Below are positions 13,337-26,110 of a stretch of 64,000 nucleotides of DNA, piece by piece. Source of the DNA: Phoronis australis (taxonomy: Eukaryota; Animalia; Phoronida); contig NMRA01000002.1 of assembly GCA_002633005.1 (NCBI GenBank), forward strand, positions 2,452,369 through 2,516,368, read 5' to 3'. A program made the translations under genes and the position numbers. How positions within the stretch are numbered: the stretch's first letter is position 1; each line of letters begins with the position of its first letter. Under the pieces are notes generated by a model, which did no database searches, was not told where the DNA came from, and saw only the letters and a list, made by a program, of their open reading frames with translations.

Positions 13337-13464
13337 TCACTTTCCATTCCTCCGACATTTCTTTAAAAGCGGAAGTAGCAGTAAGATAAAGCCACCGCTA
13401 CCAATCAGAGCTCCGCTGACAATAAAGGAGGTGACGTAAGAGCCTGTTCTGTCGTACAACCAAC
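13337..13464 (-). CDS. SLC16/MCT-family transporter copy A, coding exon 6 (last; GWLYDRTGSY...TM12)
   Basis: tttcag|GT TGG TTG TAC GAC; homologous to copy B last exon; TGA at 13337-13339. Too short for the ORF track. Confidence 0.9.
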
Positions 13465-14182
13465 CTGAAAATCACCAGAAACAGATATCCAAATGTTATC
13501 AACACTTCGTGGCGACATTACCAAAGCAGTTTATGTTAAAAGGGACTACCGCAAAGTCCGTTTGACAGCATTCCTTGAACTATAACCTTGTAACTTTGGC
13601 TCCCACACAAAGTTAAAGAGCGTCACTCTGACCACTAATGAAGTGGTGTAATGATTAGCTAATTTTGCTTCGTCTGGTTAAACGTGAGAATCGTCACGTA
13701 AACTGCATTTTGCCTTGCTCAACTGTATTTCGAGGTCATTAATTAGGTCAAAAGACTGGTTAGTCTCCATAAATTTGACGTATTTGATTTTTCTTCAGTG
13801 CATTTGGTTTTATCTTTCATGAAAGTTGTGATTTATAATGAATTTGTTTTAATTTTCACAAAACGATTTAAATTTTAAATTGTTTTAAACCCGAGTCACT
13901 CCGCATTGTCTTTATTTCCAATAATTCAGACCCTGTAGGCCCTCCAAAAATGGTTTGCTGTCAATCTTTGGAGTAAATGGGAAGTGGCTGTCACGGGTGG
14001 TATTCAAACGCTCCTTCAAGTTGTTTGCTTGGATTTGGAACACCTCCGAGGAACAAGTTGAAGCTATGAAAATACCCGAGGTGTTCCAGATGGACCTTCA
14101 GATTTTTGACTATCGATTCCGACTTACGTCAGTTTACGCAAGGCTGCGTCAGTTTACGAACAAAAAGTCCAAAATACTAGGC

Positions 14183-15004
14183 TTTATCCCATACGCGTTG
14201 AATCTGTGGAAGGAAATACGGCCATGTAATAAAGTTTTCCGTATTCACCTCCCGCACTACTTCAACAGTGACCTCTGACATGGAAAGTTCAAAACGTAGG
14301 CCAATGTCCACTCCACGTCGTTAGCCGGATCGATCACAAAACTCAGTTCGGAAAATAGATTAAAGTAATAGAATTATAGCAGACAAGTGTAAATAACGTT
14401 CAACATACAATCAGGTATGAACCGTAACATCTGGAACAGGACTCTTAATTATATGACATTTCTGTCTCAGTTTTCATTTGCTAAATATTTTATCGTTTGC
14501 AACTCAGGCGCTGATTTCTCGGTAACTACATTATCAAATATAGTTGTTATTTAACTATTTTCAGGAGACGTTACAAGTTCAATGAAAAGTTACCCTTGTT
14601 TTCATCTTTGTTATCTCTTTTCAAGTAATAAATCGTTACATTAAAAAATGTTTCTTTTACTAGGGAAAACTTGCAGCCTAACGCGCAAGTACATACATAT
14701 AGGATGTGCTCCGCCACCTGAACACTCTGACTGAAGTATTTAAAAAATCTGCGGAAACAATGAAAGAAACTTAGGAATTCGAAGCGTATGGGCTAAATAC
14801 AATCGGTCGAGGTCGATACTCGGAATAATGCCGAGTGGTACGTTTTGTATTTATCCCATACGCTTCGAATTCCCATCTTTCTTTCATTTTTCCGCAGATT
14901 TTTTAAATACTTCACTCAGACTGTTCACGTGGCGGGAGGTGAATACGGAAAACCTTATTACATGGTCGTATTTCTTTCGACAGATTCAACGCGTATGGGA
15001 TAAA
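14183..15004. mobile_element. ~820-bp element with ~73-bp terminal inverted repeats and an internal ~90-bp-arm hairpin
   Basis: 14183-14255 is the inverse of 14932-15004; 14711-14802 is the inverse of 14845-14935. Second copy at 44647-45375. Confidence 0.75.
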
Positions 15005-15860
15005 TAACGCGTTGCTGTGCATCATCGCACCATGTACCATAGTTGTCTATAATCTATTATTGCACAGATCACCCAAATAATGATAGAGTCCTTTGAGTTC
15101 CAGTTAGCTGCTCATTCATATTAGAATACTAGTTTTTTTAAACATTATTAGAAGCGACTCTAATGTTCGTAACGTATGTACACCATTCTCAATGTAGCGA
15201 ATTATGACTGTGTTGTCAACAAACTCCTGACGAGTTATCTTGCGACCATGAACGTTTTGAAAATGGTCTTGTGTTGCCTAGTGGAATATTTGGCATTGAA
15301 TGGAACATTTCATTAAATAAACCGAGCACCGACAGCCTGACAATAGTTGATGTCGTTCTCAGGGTTCTTGGCGTGTAGAGCGCCATGGTTAGCGAGGTGC
15401 TCATCTTGCACTGAAAATTTTCAATAGTTTGTACATGTATATATGGAATGGCATGTTCCCATACTTGGAAACTGCCCGCTTTTAGCGGGACCTTCCAGAT
15501 TTTTTAAGGTTTGTCCAGCTTTCCACCAACGCATCGGAATTTCTTACACTTGATTTTATTTACGTATTAACGTGTGGTTCTGTGCAATAAAAGAGATTTT
15601 GCAAATGGCAGGTTACGCGCACGGCTTATCCAAACTTTTTGCACCTTTTCACGCCAAGCGAAAAAAGGAAGAAAATCTCGGAATCTTTCCAGGTGTTACG
15701 ACGCAAATTCGTCCCTTGCGATATTCCCTAGATCAAAATGTCCCGCTTTTTCGTTTCCGAATTTTGGCAACTATGTTCTTCATTCTGATCCCGGGTTCTC
15801 CAAATTACCACCAATCGGTTTATTTTTCTACAATTGAATGATTAGCCACGATCACCTTAC

Positions 15861-15983
15861 CCATGAACGGCGTGCATGTCATCGAAAGTATTCCATAAAG
15901 ACTGTTTGAAATGACAAAGACTTCCACCAGAACATCCATCGAAAACAGATCTAATACCAGTTGAGTTACTATAGCAAAACGAG
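15861..15983 (-). CDS. SLC16/MCT copy A, coding exon 5
   Basis: tttacag|CTCGT ... ATGG|gtaagg, 123 nt, phase 1-1; RFAIVTQLVLDLFSMD. Confidence 0.9.
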
Positions 15984-16227
15984 CTGTAAAGAAGATAGAA
16001 AGAATGATGGTACTATTTTTTGGAATTAGAAAGATGAAAAAATCGCACAAGAGGGTGTTAATCAATTCATCTTGAACCACAATGAAATACTGATTTGGTC
16101 CACAACTTCTCATTCAAGTTTACCTAACGATCGACTAAGGCAAGCTTTACCGGGTAGCACGAAATCTTACTTGGCAGCTAAGAGACTATTGAAATATAGA
16201 TGAATGGCACCGATGTAGATTACTTAC

Positions 16228-16777
16228 ATGCTGAAAACCCATAAAACACGGCGCAAACCACAAGTGAAGCGTACGTGTTGCAGAAGCCAACCACAACGGT
16301 AGATAATCCACCAATCATGAGCGTTCCAATAAATACGTAGATCCTGTAAGGAGCAACCTGCTTTAAATCTGCGAGTGCCCCTAAAACTATCCGAAAAACT
16401 GTATTGACAATGCCGATGACGGAGATCAAGAATGCTGCGTCTTGTGGATTGATACCTATGCTTTTCGCATAATCAGGGACAAACATGTACGGAGCTGCAT
16501 TTCCCGCGCTTGAGAAAATAGTGTGTAGCAGGAAAATGTGAAAGATCGGATCCCTCAAAACTCGTAAATATCGAGCGGTATTCGTTTGTGTTGTTATAAC
16601 AGAGGCACTCGCTCCACCTTCGTCGTCTTGAAATGCCACCGAAAAAATTGACGAAAACGACGAAGCAAGTATAGGTGGTTTAAACTCGTTTGATTTCTCT
16701 GTCAATCCATTGCTCTCCATTTTGACACTGTTTTCTGACACAGTCACTTGAGTGGGGCTTTCCGTCGTGTAGGAATT
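16228..16777 (-). CDS. SLC16/MCT copy A, coding exon 4 (central loop, TM7-10)
   Basis: ctttcag|AAT ... GCAT|gtaagt, 550 nt; PYMFVPDYA...AAFLISVIGIVNTVFR. Confidence 0.92.
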
Positions 16778-17045
16778 CTGAAAGAAGAAAATCAAGCAAA
16801 ATTCAATTTGCAACTTCAAACATAAATGATGGCAGCGCTACCTTTTCGACGCCATTTTGTAATTTGACTTTACACAGTTTCACCAATTTTATTGTGCCCT
16901 GGCGCTACACGGATCATTTAGCCATGTTACTGCAGGGAATTGTAAAATTGGTTTCGTGCAAGAGTTAGTCAATGCACTTCATTGTGAAGAGGATGAGTCG
17001 ATCATTGTCTTTTGGTAGCTCGCGAATGACTGCGAAAAATGTTAC

Positions 17046-17287
17046 CATTGGCTCAAGTGGTGCAAAGGTCGCTCCTGCAGCCAGTCCATTAGCTACGACT
17101 CCTCCAAGAATGAGGATTGCTCCTTTCCACCCGTACAAGTCCAACAGGTACTGACAAAGGGGTGGCATAACAAACATGCCCACACCAGAGCCACACACGG
17201 CCAACCCGGACGCAAATGACCTCCTCTTGTCAAAGTACCATCCAACGCAGACGACACTGGGTAAATGCATCATTGAGAACCCAAGAC
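17046..17287 (-). CDS. SLC16/MCT copy A, coding exon 3
   Basis: ttttcag|GT ... ATG|gtaac, 242 nt; YFDKRRSFASGLAVCGSGVG and YGWKGA MCT motifs. Confidence 0.93.
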
Positions 17288-18544
17288 CTGAAAAAATATT
17301 CACCTTGACTGTTATCTCTATAAACAGCTGGACAGCTAACTGAGTAGGATAACATTTTGCCCTTGTCTGTCAAAGACAAAGGGAATCTGTACGCTATGAT
17401 GGGCATCTGTAGACCCAAGTCCTAGTATTTTGCTCACTGTCTACGCTTTTTAAAAGCATTAACAACTAAAATTCAACATGTCTTAAAGCCCTCCATCAGT
17501 TGAGAAAACTGCATAAGATAGTAGTTATTCAAAACTACATCCTTTTACGACAAGGCAGCCCACGGCAGTCACCGATGGACAGCTGAAAAAGAAACAAAAC
17601 GTTCGTTCTCCATAACATTAGGCTACACTGTGCACGCAGCGCGGCTATGGTCAGTTTAATTCAAGTGTGAATAATATGAATTAACTTGTCAGTCAGTTCG
17701 AAGTTGGCGCCAAACCTTACTGACTTGAGCATAACTTATCGAAATATTGCGTTCTAAACAAACCCGCAATACTTATGGAAGAAATGACTGACCTTGCTCG
17801 CTTTTGAATTCCCGTAGAAAGCAGTGCAAAAACCGGTTTTGGGGATGTAATGATACAATTGAAGCTGTGTGTACACGTATTATCAGGAAAAAATGTAAAT
17901 AAATTGCGATTTTAAAGAAACACCACAACTGATAGACTTAAAAACAAGTGTGAAGATTTAGGGCACCCTAGTAATTCCAAATATTATGTTCGGGTAGTGA
18001 AATAAACAAATAATAAAACTGTAGCTTGTTTCATTAGGGTAACGACAACGCTGTGGTGGTACTGGGAGTCCCGTATTGTCCTAAGAATTGTGGTCGAGAT
18101 GAGTGTGCAAATATAACTCCAGTTATCTGTCTGTCTGTTTGACGCTGCAGTTGGGATCTGATTTGCCCCCATGCATGGAAGAGGTGAGTTTCCAAATAAA
18201 CTCGGCTACATGCCTTATTTGTTCTCTTGGCCGGTATCAGGGTTTCGTCCGGTACGATGAAATATTATCATACTCAGGCATTTACGTCAGTGAAAATGGT
18301 CTCACAAAACGAGCCTTACGCGAGAATTTAAGGAAAACTCGGATGGTTTCAGACCATTGGGTAACCTTGGGTTGTTTGTAAATCAAGTACTTCATTTGCG
18401 CATTCACAATTTAATGAGACTATGCACCTTTAACCGAACGAGAACTCCCTCACTCGCGGACCATGAAGGAGAAAGGTTGCCTAATTCTCTTGTTTATTCC
18501 CCGGTACGATGTATGAACGTCTGCGTCTTGGTAGAAAAACTTAC

Positions 18545-18688
18545 CTGTAATGGCCCCAAGGGTAACATACAGGACGTAGATCTCAGATACAAAGGTGCTG
18601 GTAACTAGGCCAAGAGTCGCAAGAGTAGCGCCTGTTATACAAGAAACACGGCAGCCCCATCTTCGGACCACATAGCCTACTATAGGAC
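18545..18688 (-). CDS. SLC16/MCT copy A, coding exon 2
   Basis: tttaag|GT ... ACAG|gtaag, 144 nt; RWGCR (MFS motif A region), LYVTLGAITG. Confidence 0.92.
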
Positions 18689-19138
18689 CTTAAACAAATT
18701 ATCATTTGCATAATTCTGCAGGAAGTGCACAGTTATGTTCTCATTAACTTCATTTTGCAATAAGGCTGACGTTGTGGCACAAAAATGGAATACACGTCTA
18801 CTACATAAAAAGATTAATATGCAAAGGTATAATACATACACGTAAATGTAAGTATGATTTACTACTGTATAGTAAACCAGTCCTATTTAAAGGTTGGAAG
18901 TCCGAGTCCCATATACAATGTACACCACACTCAAATTACACATCGAATTTTAACCCACAAACGTCGAAAGTACGATAGCGCGAACACATTTATCTGCTGA
19001 AATAATACGGCGACTATACATGTAGGCCTAACTACATGGAAATCTAGCCAGTACTCGGCTTTTAAACTGACTAACGGAAATCAAGCCCCTCGAAACACGT
19101 ATTCACACTACGATTTGACATTTTGTTATTCGCTTTTA

Positions 19139-19284
19139 CATGGGCAGCGCAGCACTGAAATAAGTGGGGTGCTACATGTATAGCCCCCTTGCCCCCTATA
19201 CGGTGTGCCGCGCATGTCCATAGGTTACACTGAAAGATGGGGGCTATAGCCCCCCCCCCAGTTCCCTACGGTACGCCGTCCATG
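19139..19284. mobile_element. Short MITE family 3 (internally duplicated) with 5-bp TSD TTTTA
   Basis: tttta|catgggcagcgcagcactgaaataagtgg ... cgccgtccatg|tttta; monomer copy at 27168-27251. Confidence 0.7.
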
Positions 19285-19365
19285 TTTTAACTCCGCTATG
19301 TCCATTATTAATTAGCGGTGAACTCGTGAACTATATTATCCACTTGGCTCATTGGCTGACTCTCA

Positions 19366-19520
19366 CAGGGGCGGATCCAAGATTTTGATTAAGGGGCTCC
19401 AGGGCAGAATATTAACCAAGATTTTTCCCGTCAGAAATTCGCTCCGCCGAACTGCCAAATGGAATCTGGAAGAATTTTAGGGGGACATGACCCCCTTGGC
19501 CCCCTTAAATCCGCCACCTG
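19366..19520 (-). mobile_element. MITE family 1 copy
   Basis: caggggcggatccaagattttg ... taaatccgccacctg. Confidence 0.8.
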
Positions 19521-20611
19521 AGGCTTAGGTCACTACTAATTACAATATGGCGTCAATACATCAAAATCTGAGAGTACAAGATGGCACTGTTGATTTGATT
19601 CTTCATTGTAAGAGAAAGGTAAAAGGAGGCGAAATATAAACGGGAAGGTCTTTCATGGTTCCTTTAAATATCCTAACGGAGTTTCATATAGTTTTAACTA
19701 GAGCGCACTCACCAAGTACTTCTGCCATTCTTCAGATTTATGTCCATTTCACAAATCGATGGACCTTCAGCTCTGTATGAGCTGGGTATTGGGTAAATTT
19801 ACTTCTACAGTAGAGGTACATGTTTAAGCAAAGTGAAACACGGATTTCTCCAGATCTAAATAAATGCTACTCAGTGGCGTAGCGAGAGGGAGCAGTTGCC
19901 CAGGCGCCAACTGAGCGCCAAAAATAAAAAAGTAATTGTTGTAGTCGATCTCAAACGCGATGCCTGAAAATACAAATATTAGTTGCGTGACTCCACTGCC
20001 AAACAGCAGATTCGTTTAGAATAGTGTTGTAAAACGAACGCATAAAATACATGCAGGTATATCAAAATAGTCAAATTCATAGGCCCAAAGTACAGTTCAT
20101 AACAAATGAAAATGCCAGATGCACTTGAAAAGTGCATGATAAAACTGGCAATATATTTATTGCGATTTTTCATTAAATAAAAAATTTTGCCAATACTGCT
20201 TTTACTTCAGAATTTTGTGTGTAAATATAACCAAATGGTTTGGCCAAAGGCAGAGATAGGTCTCAATGCAGCCTGCCGCTTTCGACAGCAAAATTCATTT
20301 TACACACAGCGAAATTTTCGAAACAGTCATAATAACAAGTGAAGACTCGTATACATGTAAACATGTAAACATGTATACTCAGCGGTTTCAAATTGAGGAA
20401 ATTCTTACAACTTATAAATGTTATCACCGTTGCGGTGATACTACCAAGCAACTACGAAGGTTACGTCACACTTAGTACATGATGCGGCGATGTGCTTCTA
20501 TATCTGCTAGAATCCATGCTCCAGATTTTGAACTAACACTGAAGACAGTTATCATTATATGATAAACAAGGGATAGCGATCACATATTACACTGCAGAAT
20601 TTGATCAGTTC

Positions 20612-20872
20612 TATAGGCACACCCGGGGGGGGGTTCGGGGAGCTCGAATGAGCCCCCCCCCCTCAATTTGGCGAAAATGGCAAAAAGGTCCGCCACAGTG
20701 AAACAAAAAGTCCGAGTAAACGAGACAAAAGTCCACAGGAAGTTGACGACGAGGATCCACAATTCGTAGGCCTGCCCCTTCTTTTTTTAGTCCTCGTTTA
20801 TTTCTTTCAGTAAAAGGTCCCCACAACGAAATATTTGAGCCTCCCCTGTATTTTAGGTTGTGTGCGCGTATG
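20612..20872 (+). mobile_element. MITE family 2 copy (~260 bp)
   Basis: Shares gctcgaa.gagcc, aaaaaggtccgcc and gagacaaaagtccac with copies at 23917, 28282, 32618 and 42486. Confidence 0.75.
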
Positions 20873-21294
20873 TAGACTCACCTACGGACATAAACTCGTT
20901 CTGTTACACCTGTATAGTGCAAGACGTAAAGTCACGTTCGCCAGTAGAAAAACTATTGAGTACTTCCGTAACTCACCGGTAATTTCCGTACCGTCCTTGA
21001 CCTCGAGCGGCCCACGATGAAAGTGTGTGGGGGCTTTTTGTGAACATTTTTGTTCTTTGACTGCGAATTTCTTACGAAGTCGCCGGAACAGGACACCGTG
21101 AATGGTATTGGGAGAAAGAACTATTGAACCTCTGTTTTATGTAAATTTATTGAGTTTTATATTTGCTATGGACGGCTGAAGTGAAGCACCCCTGGAATTT
21201 CTAGTCGGGAGTGTCATAACTTGTAGTATTATATGTAGTGTATTGGGGACGATCAGAAGCTGAGGACGCTTGTGGTTGGTGAAATGAAAACTGA

Positions 21295-21445
21295 CTTAGA
21301 CCAGGTGTAAACTGGAGACAAACCAGGTTTCACTAGACCACTGGTCTAAAAGTTAAACCACCTTTATAAAATTCATATTGTCTTTAAACCTAGTGTAAGT
21401 CCAGTTTAAACCAGGTTTAACTTTAAACCACGTTTACGAAATCAG
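21295..21445. repeat. Degenerate palindromic (TAAACCAGG/CTGGTTTA)-type repeat
   Basis: Repeated aaaccagg, taaaccac and ctggtcta units in both orientations. Confidence 0.45.
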
Positions 21446-21617
21446 CTGTTGATGTCTGATTGTTTGTATCCTGAAGATGTGTAATGAATAGACGAAACGT
21501 TGAATTAATGTGATTTTTTCATTTGTGCGGCGATTATCCGTTTCTTGATTCGATTATGGCCAAAAACTGACGTAATTGCTGGTATTATTATTCGTATTTA
21601 TAAATAAACATACTCAC

Positions 21618-21834
21618 TTGAAAGCATGGTGCAACCATTGGTGATAGATCCCACCCATGACGTCACAACTCGGCTGGAGTGAAAGTAGTCGAGGAAATCT
21701 GAATAAAACACTCCGCAGGAATATACTAATCCATCAAACAGAAGATGGTTCACAAAGGAAGCAACCACAACCAACCACCCCCAGCCACCGTCAGGAGCGC
21801 TGAACGATACACGTTGCACGTCAGTAGCACTCAT
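21618..21834 (-). CDS. SLC16/MCT copy A, coding exon 1
   Basis: ATG at 21834; APDGGWGWLVVVASF SLC16 N-terminal signature; TCAA|gtgagt, 217 nt, phase 1. An acceptor just upstream (atttacag) implies a 5'UTR exon (candidate donor near 22262). Confidence 0.93.
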
Positions 21835-23916
21835 GTGGACTGTAAATTGCCGCTCAAGGCTCCACGGGCACAGACTTGAATATGCCTGATGGTCAAAGAG
21901 GATACATCAGTGTACGATTGGTCAAATTAGATCAGTCTCAATTTCCAACGGTCCATGGAATCTGAAAGGAAATGCTTTGAATTAGTACCAAAGGATTCTA
22001 AGCCAACAAACTCTTGCAGGAACAATTTGACAGGCAGTCCGTTGCATTTAGTGCTTGCGCTTTCTTCGAAGGGTGAACGAAACATATTTGCAAAGTAACC
22101 AAATGGTGATCTTGACAACAATGTGAAAGTATACTTCTGCCATTGATCTTCTCCTCAACTTGACCTCACATGCGGGTCAAAACGATATGATAATTTTTTA
22201 GATTAACCTCGATAACAAAGTGCTAGGATTACCATTTAATTGACTGCCTTGAGTTCCCCTTACCTCCCCATTTCTTCTTCACATTTAGACTCCGAGCTGG
22301 CAACGTACTCGAATGAAACATCGTGCAAAATAACGACGGCAGACGAGTACGATAGTAATGACGTAATGTTACGATTGTGTGTCAGATATATGTGTGCATA
22401 TCTATGATCAAGTATGTCACTGCAATCAAAATATAACCTCTAGACCCCACGCACAAGGATGGTGTATAAGAAATAAAATAGGCCTTCTGTTGTACATGTG
22501 CCAATCGTGTATGACACTTTACACACAAGACTTCGCAGGGGTACTAAACCTAACTGGCTGGATTCATTACTTTCCTAGTTAAACGGAACATTTAATTTTC
22601 ATGATTTTTTTAGAAACTTTACGTAATATGATATAACACATTTTGTATTAAAACTTGACATTTAAATGCATGTAGTATATCTGTCTTTATATTTCCAGAC
22701 GTCCGTGAGTGGCCGACAACCAGGGGTCTTCTTCCCAAAGCTACTATCGGCTTTTGTTCTTCGACTTTAGCCAAAAGACAAAAACTGTGCATGATTACGT
22801 ATAGCGAAAAGTTCTTCGCGTTTTTCGAAATGTTTTGTCTTCTGTAGGTTCAAGCAGTCTTTTGACAGCGCCAGTGGTAGAGTGATTTTCTTCGTTCATT
22901 CTTAACTTGAGAGTTTTGCCGAAACGGTAGTATACTTCTCCGCAGACAAACACAAAAAGACTCTTCGAGAAACACTCCCCTTTAACTGACTTGGTGGATT
23001 AACTTCTAAAAGTACCACCTTCAAGGTTGACAATGTTCAAGTTGCCGGTTTTGGAAAACCCTATTTAGCCAGGTAAAACGGTGAGGATATTAGTTGTCTC
23101 GATATACACAATGCTTATTGACATCTTTTGTCCTTTTTCCGTGAAATCCACCCACGCGACTCACCTATCTTGCACAGAGAAAAAAAGAAGCGTCACCTTT
23201 TTGTGTTGCCGTCACGTGACCACACTCTTCCCCCCTCCATTTGTCAGTGACGCTACATAATACTAACTCACTGACTGGTTAATTTTAATCACGTGATCGT
23301 CATCATCTGAGCCCTGTTTGCTCGACACTGGCTACATGTACAATGCATCTTTCCTTGTCGTTTTTAGCTCGATTTCTACGACAAGATTTTCCAGTTACGT
23401 ATTTCTAGAAACACCAGTAGAACATGATCAAAGACAATGCAGTTCTTCATGTTGCCCAATGTCTTGCCTTGGTGTAGTTCAGGTACTGACAGATTGGGTG
23501 AAATTGAAATGCCTCAAACTTCCTTTTACCGTATTGCCGCGCCTTTCAGCCCAGGGCCCATATCCGAATTCAAGCCTTTCCTCGCCGCTTTTTTTACTCA
23601 AGTGGATTACATATTGGCACTTGGGCCTAAGTTTGGCATATAAGCCCAAGTAATGTCCCCTGCATAGGCCCATATCTTTAATTCGCATAGACGCACATCC
23701 TACTACCGTTGTGCCAATACGTTTGCCTTTGTACTGTATATCTTGAGTTCTCGAGATAATTTCATGATATTAAGTAAATAGTTTTGTATTGTAGTTTTTC
23801 GCGCCATTAGACCCACGGGCCTAATCCAAACTAATACCCTTTTCGCACCTTGTTTTAACCCAAGTGATTCACATATTAGTGCATGAGCCTAAATTTCGCA
23901 TATAAGCGTAGTAATG

Positions 23917-24177
23917 CATGCGCGCACCCAGCCTAAAACATAGGGGGGCTCGAATTTTTCAGTGTGCGGATCTTTTACTGAAAAAAAGAAAACGAGGACT
24001 ACTAGTAAAAAACGGGATACTGGGTTCAGACCTATGAATTGTGCGATCTTGCCGATTTCCTGTGGACTCTTGTCTCGTTTTTCGGACTTTTTCTTTCTCT
24101 GAGGCGGACCTTTTTTCCCAATTCGCCAAATGCGAGGCTCGTTCGAGCCCCTCGAGCCTCCCCTGGGTGCGCGCATG
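23917..24177 (-). mobile_element. MITE family 2 copy with perfect 15-bp TIR and 5-bp TSD TAATG
   Basis: taatg|catgcgcgcacccag ... ctgggtgcgcgcatg|taatg. Confidence 0.88.
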
Positions 24178-25302
24178 TAATGCATACTGAGATGCTCATG
24201 GACCTAATGGCGCTGCATTACAGTACATGTAAATGTTCGACATCTTTTTGCGATAAACATATATTTCTCTCAGCTATTGGGTTTTTGGATTTCATGCAAT
24301 CACTGGAGCACCGGCAGCCAAAATGGTTCCCGGTAAGAAAGTCGTCATTTTACCGCTTAAAGGTTCTACCAAATTTAATTGTCTCATGTGATCTTTAGTT
24401 AAGCCTCTGCGAATATAGATGAAACTGTAAGGGTTGTACGTATACAACCAGTGTAAGCTACGGGTTGGGCATGGACTAAGCGGCAGAAGGAATGAGCTCG
24501 CTGGTTCCCTACGTGCTTAACCAGCATGCACTTTGGCTACCGGCCACCTCGCGGCACGCAGGGAAACAGCGAGCAGCCAGGAGGTGGTTCAGTCCTGCGG
24601 TCTGATTGCTCGGGTTTACAGTGGACTACATGTAGTGCTCTATGTAATTCTCCGCGAAGCTCTCGCACGTCAGTTAAGAGCAATCAACGACGCTGCGGTA
24701 TTGTGAGGACTCTCTAGACTCTCTCCCGCCAGCTCTATAAGTACAACGAAGCAATGGTTTATTCAGGGCTGTGCAAAATGGACTCCTACTGAAGTTCTCA
24801 CTCACCAGCTTAATTGTATCGTTTTTGTTGTTCAGTTGAAATCATACTTTGATACTTGCTTCAAAACTCTTATTTTGTTTCTACTGCAACATGGCACTGT
24901 AACAAAGTGTGGGATGTATCGTGCATTTGTGAGGCTCATGCTCATACAGCGCGTGATGGTTAACAATCACTGGCTACAACGCCTAGCAGGCAGATTGTGT
25001 GTCAACGCACCCTGCCCCAGTAGGCGATTTCCTTCTCCCCGGAAGCCTCCAGTTCGTCAACGAGATAGCATAAACAGACTTCGCCGGGTCGGCGTCGTTT
25101 ACAACGGAATAACAGAAAAGTTAAACATGTTTGTCCCATTATGTGCCAATCTGTATTTTATGACCATTAACAATGATTGCATCTTGTTTTTTTTTAAATA
25201 CGCAATCACTATACTCTCTAACCCTTGTGTAGGGCCCTGCACATCGCGCTCTTTGGCAGTGCATTTCAAAGCAACATTCGCACACCTCCATTGTGACAGT
25301 AC

Positions 25303-25550
25303 CAGTGGCGGATTTAGGGGGGCCAGGGGGACCATGGCCACCCTAAAATTGCTGACTAGCATATGCGCGCACGCAGGGGGGGGGGGGTCGGGGGTCGAAT
25401 GCACAATGCATAGGCCTTCAACAAACCCCGTCTTTTCTTTTAGTAATAAGGCCCACAAACCCAAAAATTCGAGACCCGCTACATCCCTACATTTTAGGCT
25501 GGGCACGCGCATGAGGCGAAATTCTGGTTGTTCCTGTGCCCGCCCCTAAG
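25303..25550 (+). mobile_element. MITE family 1 fragment with a nested, internally deleted family 2 element (~25362-25513)
   Basis: cagtggcggatttagggggg...ccctaaaatt is interrupted by tatgcgcgcacgcagggg...gggcacgcgcatg, then resumes with family-1-like sequence. Confidence 0.65.
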
Positions 25551-25934
25551 CACGGCATGTTTATCACTGACTCGCGCAGCAGCGTAGATACGGCTCAGTG
25601 TAATCAGCTTACGCGAACACATTAACTGGTCTCTACTAAAATAACTGCATCAGGGATCAGAAAAGCTTAAGTTTTCCTGATTACATGCATACTTCTTGTA
25701 AAAAGTTCAAATCAAAACAGTCATAAATGTGAGGTATGCTTTTGCATTAATTTTCACGACCAATTAAAAATTGTCGAAAATGACCTGTGATTTAATTCAA
25801 AATACAAGGATATCCCGTTTCAATTAAAACAGCTAGTAGGTTATGACAGTATTTTTGAACAGATTTGTCAGCATAGGCCACATCAACTCAATTACTTGAA
25901 GCTATAGTTTAAAATTGCACAGTTACGGTCTCTG

Positions 25935-26110
25935 TGCACCTTCTACTTGTTAATTGTGGGTCTTTTGAGCTTTCGTTGCCAGAAACGCCCCACTCGCAGG
26001 GCACTCAGCTCTGCTGATTCCAACAGGGAAGATCAGTTTTTGAAGTTCATAAATCACCATCATCAAGTCACATTCTTTGAAATTCATAATAACCAACTCC
26101 GATAATATAT
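25935..26110 (-). pseudogene. Possible decayed hAT transposase C-terminal dimerisation region
   Basis: LIFPVGISRAEC / CEWGVS / KAQKTH across frames resembles PVSSAxCERGFSxMKxIKT. Heavily degraded. Confidence 0.3.

Noticed and set aside
13365-13445. Apparent promoter cluster (GCGGAAGT, CCAATCAG, TGACGTAA)
   Set aside because: These words are the reverse complement of the SLC16 copy A last coding exon.
15314-15410. Alternative non-homologous last exon making copy A an 11-TM protein
   Set aside because: The true GWLYD/TM12 exon was found at 13337-13464.
24836-25549. Longest unassigned ORF (237 aa)
   Set aside because: It runs through nested MITEs, has a non-ATG start and shows no domain features.
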